DNA of 64,000 nt from Candidatus Hydrogenedentota bacterium (GCA_046583315.1 JAYGCN010000306.1:1-64000), one strand, 5' to 3'. Counted from the stretch's first letter, positions 50,270 through 59,981 are shown. Notes: generated from the letters alone by a model not told the origin. Made by a program: numbers and translations.

Positions 50270-51694
50270 ATGACCCGAATTCTCACGATTCTATTTCTCG
50301 CAGTCACCGCGACGGCCCACGCTGTGGAGAAACCCAACATCATCATCATATTTACCGACGACCAGGGCTACGCCGACGTCAGAGTATACGGTGCACCCCA
50401 AATCAAGACGCCCAACATCGACCGCCTCGCCAAAGAGGGGATCCGTTTCACCGACTTTTACGTGGCGGCACCGGTCTGCACGCCGTCCCGTGCAGCACTC
50501 CTGACCGGAAGCTATCCCCACCGCCTCAGCATGGCCCGAATGCCACGAGGTAAACGTAAAGGCAAAGGCGGTATGGTGCTGTTTCCGAATTCTCGGGGGG
50601 GCATTCATTCCGATGAAATCACCATCCCCGAAATGCTCAAGGAACAGGACTACGCAACCGGCATGGTCGGAAGGTGGCACCTCGGTCACCTTCCACCGTT
50701 TCTCCCCACCCGCCATGGCTTCGACTCCTACTTTGGCATCCCCTACTCAAACGACATGGAACCCTGCCCAATCCTTCGCGACGAAGAAGTCATTGAAGAA
50801 CCCGCCGATCAGACTACGCTTACCGAACGCTACACCGAGGAATCGCTCAAATTCATCCGCAAGAACAAGGACAAACCCTTCTTCCTGTACCTCGCCCACA
50901 GTATGCCGCACATTCCTCTCTTCGTCTCGCCGAAATTCGACGGCATCTCCGAAGGCGGCCTCTACGGCGACGTGATCGAAACCATCGACTGGGGCGTGGG
51001 ACAGATTCTCGACGAGCTGGACGCCCTCGATATCGCCGACAACACACTCGTCGTCTTTACCTCGGACAACGGCCCCTGGCTGGTATTCGGCGATCACGGC
51101 GGGAACGCCTTCCCCCTTCGCGCGGGTAAAGGCACGACCTACGAAGGCGGTATGCGCGTCCCCGGTATCATGCGCTGGCCGGCAGTGATTCCTGCGGGCA
51201 CCGTCACCCAAGAGATGGCTTCCACCATGGACCTGCTCCCCACCATCGCCGCCATCACTGGCGCGAAAGTTCCAGACGACCGGATCATCGATGGCCACAA
51301 CATTCTGCCTCTGCTCAAAAACGAACCCGGCGCGACCTCTCCTTACAAAGCCTTCTACTACTACCACGGAACCGAACTGCATGCGGTCCGCAGTGGCGAT
51401 TGGAAATTGCGCGTTTCTCTCCCCTTGCGCCACGAAGACATCTATCGACGTTTCGAGAACCCTGACACCATGCTTGAAGAAGCCCTCTATCACCTGCCCA
51501 CCGATCCCGGTGAACAGAAGAACCTATTGCCCAGAAATGAGCGCCACGATGAACGCCTGACCGATGAACGCCGGGCAATCATTGCGAAACTACGGAAATT
51601 GCTCGGTGATGCCCGTGCCGATCTCGGTGATTCAATTCACGATATTCCTGCAACAAACATACGCCCCCTCGGCATGACGGAACCGGCACAATGA
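50270..51694 (+). CDS. Formylglycine-dependent sulfatase (arylsulfatase A-like)
   Basis: DDQGY, CTPSRAALLTG, GRWHLG, YSNDM, SDNG, KGTTYEGGMRVP. Confidence 0.9.
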   Translation: MTRILTILFLAVTATAHAVEKPNIIIIFTDDQGYADVRVYGAPQIKTPNIDRLAKEGIRFTDFYVAAPVCTPSRAALLTGSYPHRLSMARMPRGKRKGKGGMVLFPNSRGGIHSDEITIPEMLKEQDYATGMVGRWHLGHLPPFLPTRHGFDSYFGIPYSNDMEPCPILRDEEVIEEPADQTTLTERYTEESLKFIRKNKDKPFFLYLAHSMPHIPLFVSPKFDGISEGGLYGDVIETIDWGVGQILDELDALDIADNTLVVFTSDNGPWLVFGDHGGNAFPLRAGKGTTYEGGMRVPGIMRWPAVIPAGTVTQEMASTMDLLPTIAAITGAKVPDDRIIDGHNILPLLKNEPGATSPYKAFYYYHGTELHAVRSGDWKLRVSLPLRHEDIYRRFENPDTMLEEALYHLPTDPGEQKNLLPRNERHDERLTDERRAIIAKLRKLLGDARADLGDSIHDIPATNIRPLGMTEPAQ

Positions 51695-53532
51695 TATTTA
51701 TCCGTCGCGCCGTGATGCTCTGTCTACTGTTACCTGCAATCGTAATGGCCCAAGACAATTGGCGCACCGAATGGCACCACTACGCCCACGATCCCGGCGG
51801 CGCACGCTTCTCACCGTTGGCTCAGATCAACGCATCAAACGTCGCCAACCTTGAGCGCGCATGGACATTCCGCACCGGCGACATCGGCGAGGGCGGCTCC
51901 CACTACGCCGAATGTACGCCACTCATGGTCGACGGCATCCTCTATCTCATCACGCCGTTTTCCAGACTCATCGCACTCGACGCGATCACCGGCGAAGAAC
52001 AATGGCGCTTCTCTCCAGACCCGCCTCTCGCCAATACAGAGACCGGCGCAGGTGGACTCGCCTCCCGTGGGGTCACCTACTGGTCGTCCGGCGACAAGAA
52101 ACGGATCTTTTTGCCGGTACGCGACGGACGGCTCTATTCCATCGACATCGACACCCGGAAACCCGACCCGACCTTCGGCAAGAACGGTCACATAAACCTG
52201 CGCGACGGCCTTCCCGAGGGCGGCGGATATCTATTCCTCAGTTCACCGCCCGCCATCCACGAAAATGTACTCGTTCAACCCTACGGCATGGACGACACCT
52301 TCACGAAACGCGTTCCTTATGTGCCGGTGCGGGCCTTCGACACCCATACCGGCGAGCTGCGTTGGACCTTCAATACAATCCCGCAACCCAGCGAATTCGG
52401 TCACGACACTTGGACAGAAAATTCCTGGCAGAACCGCGGCGGCTGCAACCCGTGGACTGCCATCAGCGTCGACAATGACTACGGTCACTTCTATTTGGCC
52501 ACTGGCGCCCCCAACAACGACAAGTACGGCGGTGATCGACATGGGGACAACCTCTTCGCGAATTCCCTCATCGCGCTCGACGCCAAAACCGGTAAACGCG
52601 TCTGGCATTTCCAGACCGTACACCACGATCTCTGGGATTATGACCTGCCTGCGCAACCGAATCTGGTGGATCTCACGGTCCATCGACGACAGATTCCCGC
52701 TGTATCCGTCGTAGGCAAAACCGGGTTCGTCTATCTTTTCGATCGACGCGACGGAAAACCAGTCTTCCCGATAGAGGAGCGTCCGGTACCGAAGAGCAAC
52801 ATTCCCGGAGAAGCGGCGGCTGCAACCCAACCCTTCCCCACGAAGCCCGCCGCATTTGCCCGCCAGTTTCTTCAGGAGTCCGATCTCCTGGCCTTCGATG
52901 AAAAAGACGCGGAGAACCTCCTTGAGAAATTTAGCTCACTGCGTGTTGAAGGGCTCTTTACGCCTCCCTCTAAACAAGGGTCCATCGTGCTTCCCGGGCA
53001 ACTCGGCGGCGCAAATTGGTCCGGCGCATCAGTAAGTCCCGACGGGTACATGTATGTCACCGCCAACGAACTCCCCTACTTCTCGAAAATGCGGATGAGT
53101 AAAAGCCCCTTCGGCGCATCCCCGGCCGCACGCCACTTTCGCGACAAGAGCGGATGGCCCGGTATCAAACCACCCTGGGGTACGCTCACGAAACTCAATC
53201 TTAATAACGGCACACTCGTCTGGCAGGTACCGCTGGGCGATGAAGAACGTCTCGATCAATCAACAGCTACGGGCCAGATGAATTTTGGAGGCGCAACGGC
53301 CACAAGAGGCGGTCTCGTCTTCGCGGCTGCATCCATGGACGGAAAATTCTGGGCTTTCAGTGCCGCGTCGGGAGAGACTCTCTTCGAAACCCAACTTGAA
53401 GCCGCAGGACATGGCGCGCCCATATCCTATGAAGCCTCAAACGGAAAACAATACATCGTCATTTTTGCTGGAGGGGGTGGCAAAGGCCAGAGCCCCAAAG
53501 GCGACTACGTCATCGCATTTACATTGAAATAA
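51691..53532 (+). CDS. PQQ-dependent dehydrogenase (quinoprotein glucose dehydrogenase-like, soluble/periplasmic)
   Basis: [44 protein letters not shown]; signal peptide, no N-terminal membrane domain. Confidence 0.87.
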   Translation: MIFIRRAVMLCLLLPAIVMAQDNWRTEWHHYAHDPGGARFSPLAQINASNVANLERAWTFRTGDIGEGGSHYAECTPLMVDGILYLITPFSRLIALDAITGEEQWRFSPDPPLANTETGAGGLASRGVTYWSSGDKKRIFLPVRDGRLYSIDIDTRKPDPTFGKNGHINLRDGLPEGGGYLFLSSPPAIHENVLVQPYGMDDTFTKRVPYVPVRAFDTHTGELRWTFNTIPQPSEFGHDTWTENSWQNRGGCNPWTAISVDNDYGHFYLATGAPNNDKYGGDRHGDNLFANSLIALDAKTGKRVWHFQTVHHDLWDYDLPAQPNLVDLTVHRRQIPAVSVVGKTGFVYLFDRRDGKPVFPIEERPVPKSNIPGEAAAATQPFPTKPAAFARQFLQESDLLAFDEKDAENLLEKFSSLRVEGLFTPPSKQGSIVLPGQLGGANWSGASVSPDGYMYVTANELPYFSKMRMSKSPFGASPAARHFRDKSGWPGIKPPWGTLTKLNLNNGTLVWQVPLGDEERLDQSTATGQMNFGGATATRGGLVFAAASMDGKFWAFSAASGETLFETQLEAAGHGAPISYEASNGKQYIVIFAGGGGKGQSPKGDYVIAFTLK

Positions 53533-53546
53533 CATCGGAGAACATC

Positions 53547-54251
53547 ATGAAAAAACTACTCACTCTTCTAATCTTTTGCACACTACCTGCGATAACCTCA
53601 GCGCAGGAATGGGTAGATCTGTTCAACGGAAAAGATCTCACCAACTGGGTCGACGTGAACACCAGTCCCAAGACGTGGACGGTCAAAGACAGCCTACTCG
53701 TGTGTAGTGGATTGCCCATCGGCGTGATGCGCAGCGAGAAACAATACGAAAATTTCATCCTGCATATCGAATGGCGCCACATGGAAGCGGGCGGGAACTC
53801 CGGCGTGTTCGTGTGGAGTGAAGGCACTACCCCGAAGGATCGCCCCCTGCCGGCTGGCATGGAAGTCCAGATGCTCGAACTCGACTGGCCGAATCAACAC
53901 CGCGACAAAAAAGGTAATCCCGCGCCCATCGGATACATCTCCGGCGAGCTCTTCGGCGCGAACGGCGTCAAGGCCATCCCGGACAATCCCCGCGGCGAAC
54001 GCAGTCAATCCTGGGAACTGCGCTGCAACGGCAAGGGCGAATGGAACACCTACGACGTGGTTTGTGTCGATGGCACGATAAAGCTTTCGATAAACGGAAA
54101 ATTTGTGAACGGAATGCGTGAGTCTTCTATCCGAAAAGGCTATCTCTGTCTCGAATCCGAAGGCGCCGAAATCCATTTCCGCAGCATCCGCATCATGGAA
54201 CTCCCATCCGGCAGGGCCACCAAAGAACAAACCGTAGCGGTTGTCGAGTGA
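53547..54251 (+). CDS. DUF1080 family protein, secreted
   Basis: [34 protein letters not shown]. Confidence 0.87.
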   Translation: MKKLLTLLIFCTLPAITSAQEWVDLFNGKDLTNWVDVNTSPKTWTVKDSLLVCSGLPIGVMRSEKQYENFILHIEWRHMEAGGNSGVFVWSEGTTPKDRPLPAGMEVQMLELDWPNQHRDKKGNPAPIGYISGELFGANGVKAIPDNPRGERSQSWELRCNGKGEWNTYDVVCVDGTIKLSINGKFVNGMRESSIRKGYLCLESEGAEIHFRSIRIMELPSGRATKEQTVAVVE

Positions 54252-54275
54252 GAGACAACCCCACTCAATTCTATC

Positions 54276-54300
54276 CGCCCTTTGCGTCTTTGCACTAAAA
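54276..54300. repeat. Short tandem REP-like motif CTTTGCGTCTTTGCACTAAAA
   Basis: Related to TCTTTGCGCTAAAAA at 54886-54900 and CGTCTTTGCGTTAG at 63191-63204. Confidence 0.5.
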
Positions 54301-54409
54301 CTTACGCGTTCGGGTCACAATCCGGGTCGTCGTTCTCCGGACATCCTTCGATGTCGACCAGTTCTCAATCGACTCCAACATCACCAGTGCCTTCCCCTAA
54401 GAATTCCTC
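54287..54409 (-). pseudogene. Degenerate duplicate of the 3' end of the aldo-keto reductase gene (direct repeat of about 54886-55010)
   Basis: 54302-54352 vs 54903-54953 are 41/51 identical; encodes IEGCPENDDPDCDPNA* vs IEGRPENNDPDCDPDA*. Weaker, frameshifted similarity continues to about 54409. Confidence 0.85.
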
Positions 54410-54866
54410 CCATCCGTCTGACTCTGCGAGCTCCTTCAAAATTCGATTCCGTTCAACCAAGGAAAGAGCGCATGTATCTTGTGAGATAAACCTTCTCTGC
54501 GATGCGTCCCAAAATCCCGAAGGGTGCACGGAAACGGAATTCATCCGTCACTTCGGTTTTTCCATTTTTATCGATAAACTGATGAACATGTCGCATCGAC
54601 TGGAAAGCCCCGAAAACCATTTCGTCAGTGAACATTGATGGACGTTGAAAATCGGTAACTCTTATTCTCAAACGTTGTGTCACGCCGAAATGCCTCGCCT
54701 GCCAGGTCACTTCCTCACCCATTCCTATCAGTCCAGAAATCTTTCCATCAACTGCCGTCTCGTTCGTCCTGGAAGCTGATGCCACGTGCGCATCAATACT
54801 AAGGGATAGATCAAAGACACGTTCTCTCTCGGCATCGATTATTGTCGTAATGACGATGACTGGCAT
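54365..54866 (-). pseudogene. SRPBCC family protein with apparent 1-nt insertion near the 3' end (ORF stops at 54453; corrected frame ends at 54365)
   Basis: VFDLSLSIDAH, VTWQARHFG, FTDEMVFGAF, APFGILGR; removing one G at 54457-54458 yields ...FL-VERNRILKELAESDGWEEFL. Confidence 0.75.
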
Positions 54867-54902
54867 CTATTCTAGTCCTTCGAACTCTTTGCGCTAAAAA
54901 CT

Positions 54903-55856
54903 CTACGCGTCCGGATCGCAATCCGGATCATTGTTCTCCGGACGTCCCTCAATATAATGCCAGTTATGGATAGGCTCAAGAATCTGAAGCACTTCCGCGA
55001 GCAGTTCCTCGTCGATAGGCAGTTCTGCCCACTTTGCGACCTGCTCTACCTCGGCACATTTCGCTGACCCGACGACGCACGTCGCGAAGGCCGGGTTCGC
55101 ACACGAGAATTGCACCGCCAACTGCGCAATGTCCACGCCTCGCGCGGCACACGCCTCGGACGCTTTCTTCGTAGTCGCACGCACCAGCTCCGTTGCCTTA
55201 TGCCAGGGCGGCAACGGCAGATTGGTCAGCATTCGCGCCGCGAAGGGTGCCGCGTTCATCAGCCCCACACCGCGTTCCTGCGCCAGAGGAATCAATTCTT
55301 CGGCCTTCTGACTCTGCAGGGTGTAATGATTGTAGGTCATCATGACATCCAGGTCGGCATGTGCCAACACATCCGTGAAATTCTTCATGGGATAGCCGGA
55401 CAGGCCGACAAATTTCACCTTACCTTGCTCCTGAACCTTACGCAATGCGGGCAGGGTCTCCTCCCATACCTGCGATGTCTCGACAAATTCCGGATCATGC
55501 ACCAGACACACGTCCAGATAATCCACGCCCAATCGTTCGAGACTGACATCCACGCTTTCCACGACACGTTTCGCCGAAAAATCAAAATGTTCCTTCGAAT
55601 AGCGTCCCAACTTGCTGCACAACAGATAATCATCGCGTGGCACATCGCGCAACGCGAATCCAAGCAGCACTTCGGACATGCCCCGCCCATAAAACGGCGA
55701 AGTATCAAGATAATTCATGCCGCAATCGATCGCCGTGCGCACGGTGCGTATCGCTTCGTCCAACTCAATGCGAAAAAACTCCTGGCCCAGCGACGAGGCC
55801 CCGAAACTCACTTTCGGCAGCTCAATGCCCGTATTTCCGAGTGCACGTTTTTCCAT
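54903..55856 (-). CDS. Aldo/keto reductase, L-galactose dehydrogenase-like
   Basis: SFGASSLG, DTSPFYG, SKLGRY, VHDPEF, GLSGYP, YNHY. Confidence 0.85.
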   Translation of the reverse strand: MEKRALGNTGIELPKVSFGASSLGQEFFRIELDEAIRTVRTAIDCGMNYLDTSPFYGRGMSEVLLGFALRDVPRDDYLLCSKLGRYSKEHFDFSAKRVVESVDVSLERLGVDYLDVCLVHDPEFVETSQVWEETLPALRKVQEQGKVKFVGLSGYPMKNFTDVLAHADLDVMMTYNHYTLQSQKAEELIPLAQERGVGLMNAAPFAARMLTNLPLPPWHKATELVRATTKKASEACAARGVDIAQLAVQFSCANPAFATCVVGSAKCAEVEQVAKWAELPIDEELLAEVLQILEPIHNWHYIEGRPENNDPDCDPDA

Positions 55857-55858
55857 GC

Positions 55859-56302
55859 TTACACCCTACATCCCACGCTCAGCAATACGTTTGCCCACAA
55901 GGCCTGATCCGCCGTCTGAATCGTCAGCACGTGGTCGTTCGAATTAACGGCCTCATAAAAATCCCACTTCGGAATGGCCACCAAAACCAAATCCGACTCC
56001 TGCGCCTTCAAAATATCCTGATACTCATTCCATACCGGTGGATCACCCTCCAAAGCATAGGGATCATCATCAGGAATACCCATCGTGTTCACGATATCGA
56101 TCGGTACGGCGGTACACAGAACTTCTAACACCTGCGAAACCGTGACCAGTCCTGGCGCGAGATTCAGACTCACCAACTCCGCGTTCGGACCCAGCGTCGT
56201 GGACGCCGGATAATTTCCGTCGGCAATCAGAATCTTCGCGTGATGTCCCGCGCGGCCGAGCACTTCGTTAATCTTGGGATGGAGTAAGGTATGTTTCAGC
56301 AT
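55859..56302 (-). CDS. RbsD/FucU family sugar mutarotase/pyranase
   Basis: AGHHAKILIADGNYP, LNLAPG, DFYE, IQTAD...ANVLL. Confidence 0.85.
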   Translation of the reverse strand: MLKHTLLHPKINEVLGRAGHHAKILIADGNYPASTTLGPNAELVSLNLAPGLVTVSQVLEVLCTAVPIDIVNTMGIPDDDPYALEGDPPVWNEYQDILKAQESDLVLVAIPKWDFYEAVNSNDHVLTIQTADQALWANVLLSVGCRV

Positions 56303-56314
56303 TCTCTAATCTCC

Positions 56315-57136
56315 CTATCCGAAACACGCATCGAAGGCGCGTTTGGTTTGTGCAGCGGCTTCGATTGAATTCGGCTGTGCGAAAACTTCCGCCGACGCGT
56401 ACCCCGAAAATCCGATCTCCTTGAGCGCGGCGGCGATGGGCGCGATGTCCGCATGCCCGAAACCAATCGCCTTTCGATTCGAATCAGCAAAGTGTACATG
56501 CCCGACGTAATCAGCGGCATCGCGTATGGACTGAGCCACATCGACCTCTTCAATGTTCATGTGAAACAGATCGGCCAGAATTTTCACATTCGGCGAGCCC
56601 GATTTTTCGATGAGGGCTACCGCATCCGCCAGGGTGTTACACAGGTTGCTTTCGTATCGATTGAGCGGCTCCATCAGGAGCATCTGCCCTTTCTCTCTCG
56701 CATAAGAACCCAATTCCATGAGCGAGGCAACCAGTCGTTCCTTCGCCGTGTCAATTCCCTCCGCTGAGTCTGCTTCGCCTTGCATTGACCCAATAATCGC
56801 GGGAACCCCGGCTTGCGCACCGTAGTCGATCATGGAGCGCACAAAATCACAAGCCGACGCCCGTCTTGAGTCCGCTTCATCGGAAATCGACAACCCTTGA
56901 ATCACCATTCCTGCGCCCGTACCCACCGCAGCCAGCTCGAGTCCATGTTTCGCAGTACACGCCAGCACTTCCGACATGGCAATCGCGTCCGAGTCGGGCG
57001 CAAAAAGTTCGACGGCATCGAATCCCAATTTCGCAGCTTCAACACAACCCTGCTCGAAATCGTCATGAAAAACGAAAGGGCCGCTCCGGGCTTGTTCGAC
57101 GAGGCTGATAGTCACGCAGGATTTGATAGAAGACAC
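56315..57136 (-). CDS. Xylose-isomerase-like TIM-barrel epimerase, IolO (5-keto-L-gluconate epimerase)-like
   Basis: AVGTG, IIGSMQG, EPLNRYE, ADLFHMNIEE, HFADSNR, LKEIGF...E. Confidence 0.8.
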   Translation of the reverse strand: MSSIKSCVTISLVEQARSGPFVFHDDFEQGCVEAAKLGFDAVELFAPDSDAIAMSEVLACTAKHGLELAAVGTGAGMVIQGLSISDEADSRRASACDFVRSMIDYGAQAGVPAIIGSMQGEADSAEGIDTAKERLVASLMELGSYAREKGQMLLMEPLNRYESNLCNTLADAVALIEKSGSPNVKILADLFHMNIEEVDVAQSIRDAADYVGHVHFADSNRKAIGFGHADIAPIAAALKEIGFSGYASAEVFAQPNSIEAAAQTKRAFDACFG

Positions 57137-57165
57137 AATAGATTCCTTTGAAGTTCATTGACTGG

Positions 57166-57183
57166 TATAATCAGAAGATTATA
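57166..57183. promoter_or_regulatory. Perfect palindrome TATAATC-AGAA-GATTATA giving a consensus -10 on each strand between divergent genes
   Basis: Read directly; + strand copy has extended TG (TGGTATAAT). Confidence 0.6.
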
Positions 57184-57208
57184 GGCCCTCCACAAAAAGG
57201 AATCAATC

Positions 57209-58234
57209 GTGTTAGCGTTTTGTATCGACAAACCGGACCACTCCCACATCATCGAAATTGACCCGCCCGGCGATCTCGCGCCCGAAGAAGTCATGCTCAA
57301 TATAAAAACCATGGGCATCTGCGGCACCGACCTCAGTTCCTATCGCGGCGTGAATCCGCTGGTCAGTTATCCACGCGTGCCGGGCCATGAAATTTCCGCG
57401 ACCATCGAAGCCCTCGGCTCTGACGTTCCCGACACCTTCAAAATCGGCGATACAGTCACGGTTTACCCCTACACCAGCTGCGGTAAATGCGGGGCATGCA
57501 GAAACGGACGCAATCAAGCCTGCGAATTCAACGCAACCCTCGGCGTCCAGCGCGAAGGAGCATTCACCGAACGATTCGCCCAGCCCTGGCAAAAACTCAT
57601 TCCCGCAGATGGACTCTCCTACGCAGAAACCGCACTCATCGAACCCATGGCCGTGGGTTTTCATGCCGTCGAGCGCGGCGAAGTGACCCATACGGACACC
57701 GTCGTTGTCATCGGTTGTGGGGCGATAGGCCTGAGCGTCATCACCGGAGCCGTCGCACGCGGTGCCAAAGTCGTCGCCGTGGACATCGACGATCATAAAC
57801 TCGATGTCGCCAATGAAATCGGCGCGGTCGAACTCATCAATTCCGCAGACACCGATCTTGTGAAACGGGTCATGGAACTTACCGCTGATGTGGGAGCCGA
57901 CGTCGTAGTCGAAGCGGTCGGACTGCCGATCACCTTTACCGCCGCCATCGACGCAGTCTGCTACACCGGGCGCGTGGTCTACATCGGATACGCAAAAGAA
58001 CACGTTTCCTACGACACCGCGCTCTTCGTAAAAAAGGAGCTCAACATTCGCGGGTCGCGAAACGCCACACATGAAAACTTCGAAGACGTTATCCGGACCT
58101 TGCGCGAGACAAACCTGCCCATCGATAAGATCATCTCCAAAACCGTACCCCTCGCTGAAGCCCCCGCCGCCATCGACCATTGGGACAAAAAAGGCCGCGA
58201 CCTTATCAAAATTCACGTGACGATCAATGACTAA
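57209..58234 (+). CDS. Zinc-dependent dehydrogenase, L-aldonate 5-dehydrogenase (LgoD/YjjN)-like
   Basis: GICGTD, YPRVPGHE, CGKCGAC...C, GCGAIG, KKELNIRGSRNA. Confidence 0.85.
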   Translation: MLAFCIDKPDHSHIIEIDPPGDLAPEEVMLNIKTMGICGTDLSSYRGVNPLVSYPRVPGHEISATIEALGSDVPDTFKIGDTVTVYPYTSCGKCGACRNGRNQACEFNATLGVQREGAFTERFAQPWQKLIPADGLSYAETALIEPMAVGFHAVERGEVTHTDTVVVIGCGAIGLSVITGAVARGAKVVAVDIDDHKLDVANEIGAVELINSADTDLVKRVMELTADVGADVVVEAVGLPITFTAAIDAVCYTGRVVYIGYAKEHVSYDTALFVKKELNIRGSRNATHENFEDVIRTLRETNLPIDKIISKTVPLAEAPAAIDHWDKKGRDLIKIHVTIND

Positions 58235-58252
58235 CTTGAAGGAATTCCAACC

Positions 58253-58795
58253 ATGATGACCAAATTCACGAAAGTTCTCGCTATCGTCGTCGTACTATGT
58301 GCTACGGCTTTGAGCTCCCTGGCCGAACGCCCGAAAGGCGCACAAAAAAGTCCTTGGCACTACCTCCAACAAATGATCGGCAAAAGTCTCGTCGAAATCG
58401 AATACAGTCGACCCGGTGTCAAGGGTCGCGAAGTCTGGGGCAAGCTTGTTCCCTACGGGGAGGTCTGGCGCGCCGGAGCGAACGAACGCACCGTCATCAG
58501 CTTTGAACACGACATACTCATCAATGGCGAAGCTCTATCCGCTGGTGACTACGCGCTGTTCATACTGCCCGAGCAAGACCAATGGATCTTCATCTTCAAT
58601 CGAGCCTTCATCGGCCATGGCTCCGATGGTTACGACGCAAAATCCGATGTCCTTAGAGTTGCCGCCAAACCGGAAACCGCGGAACACGAAGAATGGATGC
58701 AGTTCGGCGTAACCGACTTCGAAGAGAACGCCGCGACCGTCTATCTCCACTTCGAAAAAATCCGTTGCGGATTCCGGGTCGAGCTTGCCAAGTAA
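58253..58795 (+). CDS. DUF2911 family secreted protein
   Basis: YSRPGVKGR, LVPYGEVWRAGANE, signal peptide. Confidence 0.87.
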   Translation: MMTKFTKVLAIVVVLCATALSSLAERPKGAQKSPWHYLQQMIGKSLVEIEYSRPGVKGREVWGKLVPYGEVWRAGANERTVISFEHDILINGEALSAGDYALFILPEQDQWIFIFNRAFIGHGSDGYDAKSDVLRVAAKPETAEHEEWMQFGVTDFEENAATVYLHFEKIRCGFRVELAK

Positions 58796-59981
58796 CACAG
58801 CCCCATACGATGCCATCATCATAGGAGGGGGTGCAGCAGGGCTCATGTGTGCCCTGAAAATCGGCGAATCCGGCAAACGCGCCCTCCTGCTCGAACACAA
58901 CGATTTCGTCGGCAAAAAAATCCGCATCTCCGGCGGTGGACGATGCAACTTCACCAACATCTACACAGAACCCGCGCGATTTCTCTCCGAAAACCCGCGT
59001 TTTTGCTACTCCGCCTTATCCCGCTACACCCCGCAAGACTTTATCGCTTTCGTCGAACAGCACAAGATTAAGTATCACGAGAAAAAACTCGGACAACTCT
59101 TCTGTGACCAATCCGCACAGCTCATCATTGACGCATTGCTCAAGGACTGCCGACTCGCCAAGGTGGATGTTCAGACCGAGTGCACAGTGCGTTCGGTCGA
59201 GAACGCAGACGCGTATCGCATCACCACCAACAAGGGCACCTTCGAATCATCGGCGCTCGTCGTGGCGACCGGCGGCCTCTCCATCGCTAAATTGGGCGCG
59301 TCCAGCTTCGGATACCGACTCGCCGAGCAGTTTGACATCCCCATCATCCCTACGCGACCCGGACTCGTCCCGCTCATCCTCAACGATGACGATCTGGAAT
59401 CCCTTTCCGATCTTTCAGGCACCGCCTTCAATGCCAATGTCGCTACCAACAAAACCAGCTTCGAAGATAACGTACTCATCACCCATCGCGGACTCAGCGG
59501 TCCCGCAATCCTCCAGATCTCCTCATACCGCGATCACGATGCGCCCATCACCATCAACCTTTTCCCTGGACGCAAGCTCGAAGCCGAACTTTTCCAGCTG
59601 AAATCCGATGAACCGCGACTTCTCCCCAAAGATTTCCTCGCGAGACAAGTCACGGCACGTTTCGCGCAACGTATTTGTGAGCTAAACGACTGGTCCAAAC
59701 CCCTCAGCGAGATGACCGATAAAAAAATCCGGGTCATGGCCTCAACACTTCAACGCTGGACCCTGCCCATCGCCGCGACACAGGGATATTCCAAAGCAGA
59801 AGTCACCTGCGGCGGCATCGATACCCGCGCGCTCTCCCCAAAAACCATGGAATGCAAAAACGTAGCCGGACTCTACTTCATCGGCGAAGTCGTTGACGTC
59901 ACCGGCTGGCTCGGCGGCTACAACTTCCAATGGGCCTGGTCCTCTGCCCACGCCGCAGCAAGTAGCATCGTGCTCCATTGA
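58785..59981 (+). CDS. HI0933/YhiN family NAD(P)/FAD-dependent oxidoreductase
   Basis: IIGGGAAG, GKKIRISGGGRCNFTN, ATGGLS, THRGLSGP, AEVTCGG, GGYNFQWAWSS. Confidence 0.9.
   Translation: MPSNTAPYDAIIIGGGAAGLMCALKIGESGKRALLLEHNDFVGKKIRISGGGRCNFTNIYTEPARFLSENPRFCYSALSRYTPQDFIAFVEQHKIKYHEKKLGQLFCDQSAQLIIDALLKDCRLAKVDVQTECTVRSVENADAYRITTNKGTFESSALVVATGGLSIAKLGASSFGYRLAEQFDIPIIPTRPGLVPLILNDDDLESLSDLSGTAFNANVATNKTSFEDNVLITHRGLSGPAILQISSYRDHDAPITINLFPGRKLEAELFQLKSDEPRLLPKDFLARQVTARFAQRICELNDWSKPLSEMTDKKIRVMASTLQRWTLPIAATQGYSKAEVTCGGIDTRALSPKTMECKNVAGLYFIGEVVDVTGWLGGYNFQWAWSSAHAAASSIVLH

Noticed and set aside
54260..54900. Integron attC sites around the SRPBCC gene (also checked around DUF998 at 62.1-62.7 kb)
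   Set aside because: No convincing RYYYAAC...GTTRRRY paired cores and no intI gene in the window.
57212..58216. 334-aa antisense ORF covering the Zn-dehydrogenase
   Set aside because: In-register shadow of a well-supported gene; no motifs.
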